From Lytechinus pictus (lineage: Eukaryota), in assembly GCF_037042905.1 (NCBI RefSeq), contig NC_087250.1:20772001-20836000 (forward strand): a stretch of DNA of 64,000 nucleotides. The letters run 5' to 3'. The number at the start of each line of letters is the position of its first letter. The first letter of the stretch is position 1. The translations under genes and the position numbers were made by a program. This document shows positions 61,824 to 64,000 of the stretch, piece by piece. The notes beneath the pieces are model-generated. The model was given only the letters and a program-made list of their open reading frames with translations, did not search any database and was not told the origin of the DNA.

Positions 61824-62792
61824 TTAAGGGGATGGTCCGGGCTAAAAATATTTATATCTAAATAAATTGAGTAAAATTCACAAAGCAAAATGCTGAGAAT
61901 TTCATCAAATTCGGAAAACAAACAACGAAGTTATTGAATTTCAAAGTTTATCAATATTTTGTGAAAACGGTTATTTGCACATCGTCATGAATATTCATTA
62001 GGTGGGGTGATGATATCATATCACCGCTTTCCTTTTTCTTATGTTATTACATGAAATCATATTATCGTTTCATGCTTTCATTGTATAAGTGATGTGTCTC
62101 CATTACGATGAAATAAGCTGCGGAAATAAATAATTAATGCACTTAATCAGTTGTCAATCCAATTGTTTTATTCAAATTCAAATTCAATTCGGTTTTATTA
62201 AACAATACTCATCAAAAGTCCGAAAACTAACAATGTGAGTTTACATTTTTTTTAATACATAACAAAGAAATAAATACATACATAACATGCAGTGACCATT
62301 AAAGAAGAAAAAATATATACATTAGGTTTAAAATGCAATAATAGTATAAAAAGAAATAGAATTAGCAGATGCATGTAATAAGACAGATTAAATGTATACA
62401 TATATATTAAAAAAAAAGCAGGTGAGGAGCAAGAAAGGGGAGCAAGAATGGCAAGAGTAAGAATGTGGAAAGGTGAGAATAGAGAGGGGGATGTAGCAAA
62501 AAATAAAGGAAAGAGGGGAAAAAGGAATGAAGGAGGATATAATTTTTTTATCAAACTAATTTCATATAATAAAAGACAAAAAACAAGTGGGGGAAATTAC
62601 ATCATCAGCCCAAATAATGAATATTCATGAAGACATGCCTAGAACTATTTCACCGGAATAATGCAAATCTTTAAAATTCAATAACTTCGTTATTTTGTTA
62701 TCCGATTTTTAACAAATTTTCAGCATTTTGCCCTGTGAATTTTACTTTATTTATTGAGATATAAATATTTCCAGCCTGGACCATTCCTTTAA
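61824..62792. mobile_element. Kolobok-like family K2 copy with a nested antisense LINE tail (~62171-62530)
   Basis: TTAA|GGGGATGGTCCGGGCT ... AGCCTGGACCATTCCT|TTAA; insertion starts with (TTCAAA)n plus TTTATT. Confidence 0.75.
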
Positions 62793-63618
62793 TGATTTTT
62801 TCATTTGGCAAATTACTATTCTTTTAATTTTTGATATTTTATATGCTAAATGTTATGTTTTCTACTCGATGTTTAAAAGGTTATTCATCGTTTTCCTTTT
62901 TCGTTTTTTAAAATTAATCAAAATATCAACACGAGTTTAAAAAAGCATTGTGAGTATTCACCTATTTATAAACATTGAATGTCGTGATGAATCCAGGCAC
63001 ATCGAACTTATTTTATTTTTTCAATACATTTTTAAAGTTTTCTATACATGTATGATATGATTTATGTATCACATGTCTTTTGTATTTAATTTTATGATTT
63101 ATGGAGAAATATTGAATACAGTTCTTCTTTGAAAAAAAAAGGTTGCGGACATTTGCTGTCAGTAGTCAATACAAATGAACCTTTTATTGCCATTTATCAA
63201 GTTTGCTCTCGTTAATTGGAGATTCCGGCAGTTATTCAATTCGGTATAAGCGATATACTGGACGTTTAGCAAACTTATTGATAGCGGTCAACAAACATGA
63301 AGGGTCAACGAAGTGTCAACTAAAGGCCATCACGCGCCTTACGATTGGTCTGCGACCCGATTAGGAATGAAATGTAGGAACATTTGTTGAGAATGTTGAG
63401 AAATGGACCGTCCTACTTTTTTAAAGTTCCAAATCACCATACGAATAGTTATGTTCAATTGTGTGAATATGCTACCTTCCTTATTAAAATATAAGCGAAT
63501 TGAATATCTAATGACGTCATAGCAATCGTACGATTTGAAACCAATTTGTCCTTTACACGAAAATAAAAATGCATCCACTCAAAATTGTTATATTAGTATT
63601 CTTTCATCTTTATTCTTT

Positions 63619-63620
63619 AC

Positions 63621-63664
<44 letters not shown>

Positions 63665-63740
63665 ATACTACTACTTCTACTTCTGATGCTACTACTACTA
63701 CTACTACTGCTGCAGCTGCTGCTGTACTACAACAACAACA

Positions 63741-63808
<68 letters not shown>

Positions 63809-63990
63809 TACTACTGCTACTACAACTACTACTGCTAGTACTACTACTACTAATGCAGCTACCACTGCTGCTACTACTACTTATAATACTACTACTACTG
63901 ATAATAATACTAATAATAATAATACTAATACTACTACTACTGCTGCTACTACTACTACTACTACTACTACTACTATTACTACTACTACTC
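63619..63990. repeat. (CTA/TAC)n compound trinucleotide microsatellite
   Basis: Direct inspection. Confidence 0.95.
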
Positions 63991-64000
63991 CTGCGGCGAT

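Larger units (their letters stand above)
60600..63130 (+). mobile_element. Old Tx1/L1-like LINE 3' fragment interrupted by two TTAA elements
   Basis: ELCYSCLEDNETKTYLFLEC (~61708-61767) fits the zf-RVT pattern C..C....ET..HLF..C; A-rich end near 63132. Confidence 0.5.

Noticed and set aside
63569..63838. Poly-Leu/poly-Tyr ORF (also 30115-30306 and 36228-36425)
   Set aside because: Translations of microsatellites and low-complexity tracts.
46673..64000. SLC5 exon 3 (expected GASLFASNIGS motif)
   Set aside because: Not found by eye; it presumably lies beyond the window, so integrity of the gene cannot be judged here.

Overview
Eukaryotic, AT-rich, repeat-dense genomic DNA with spliceosomal introns. 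The repeat landscape and protein families suggest an echinoderm, probably a sea urchin (inference). There are two host loci. (1) A + strand secreted-protein gene at about 4996-13232 (signal peptide, SUEL-lectin-like, CUB-like, Thr-rich mucin stalk, PAN/apple) whose middle exon carries stops and frameshifts, so it is probably a pseudogene. (2) Coding exons 1-2 of an SLC5 sodium/glucose cotransporter-like gene (45437-46672); intron 2 runs off the window end. Almost everything else is mobile DNA: Kolobok-like TTAA elements, CACTA/EnSpm-like, Harbinger-like, P-like and Helentron-like non-autonomous elements, tRNA-derived SINEs, LINE fragments and a rearranged Penelope element. Highlights: (a) a structurally intact type I hammerhead ribozyme in the Penelope terminal repeat, plus motifs from two other hammerhead-like families; (b) a young, coding-dead Ngaro/PAT-type tyrosine-recombinase retroelement with split direct repeats, integrated at an AAT core inside a foldback element, inside a CACTA MITE, inside the SLC5 intron; (c) several long palindromic elements. 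All calls were made by eye; no database searches were run.
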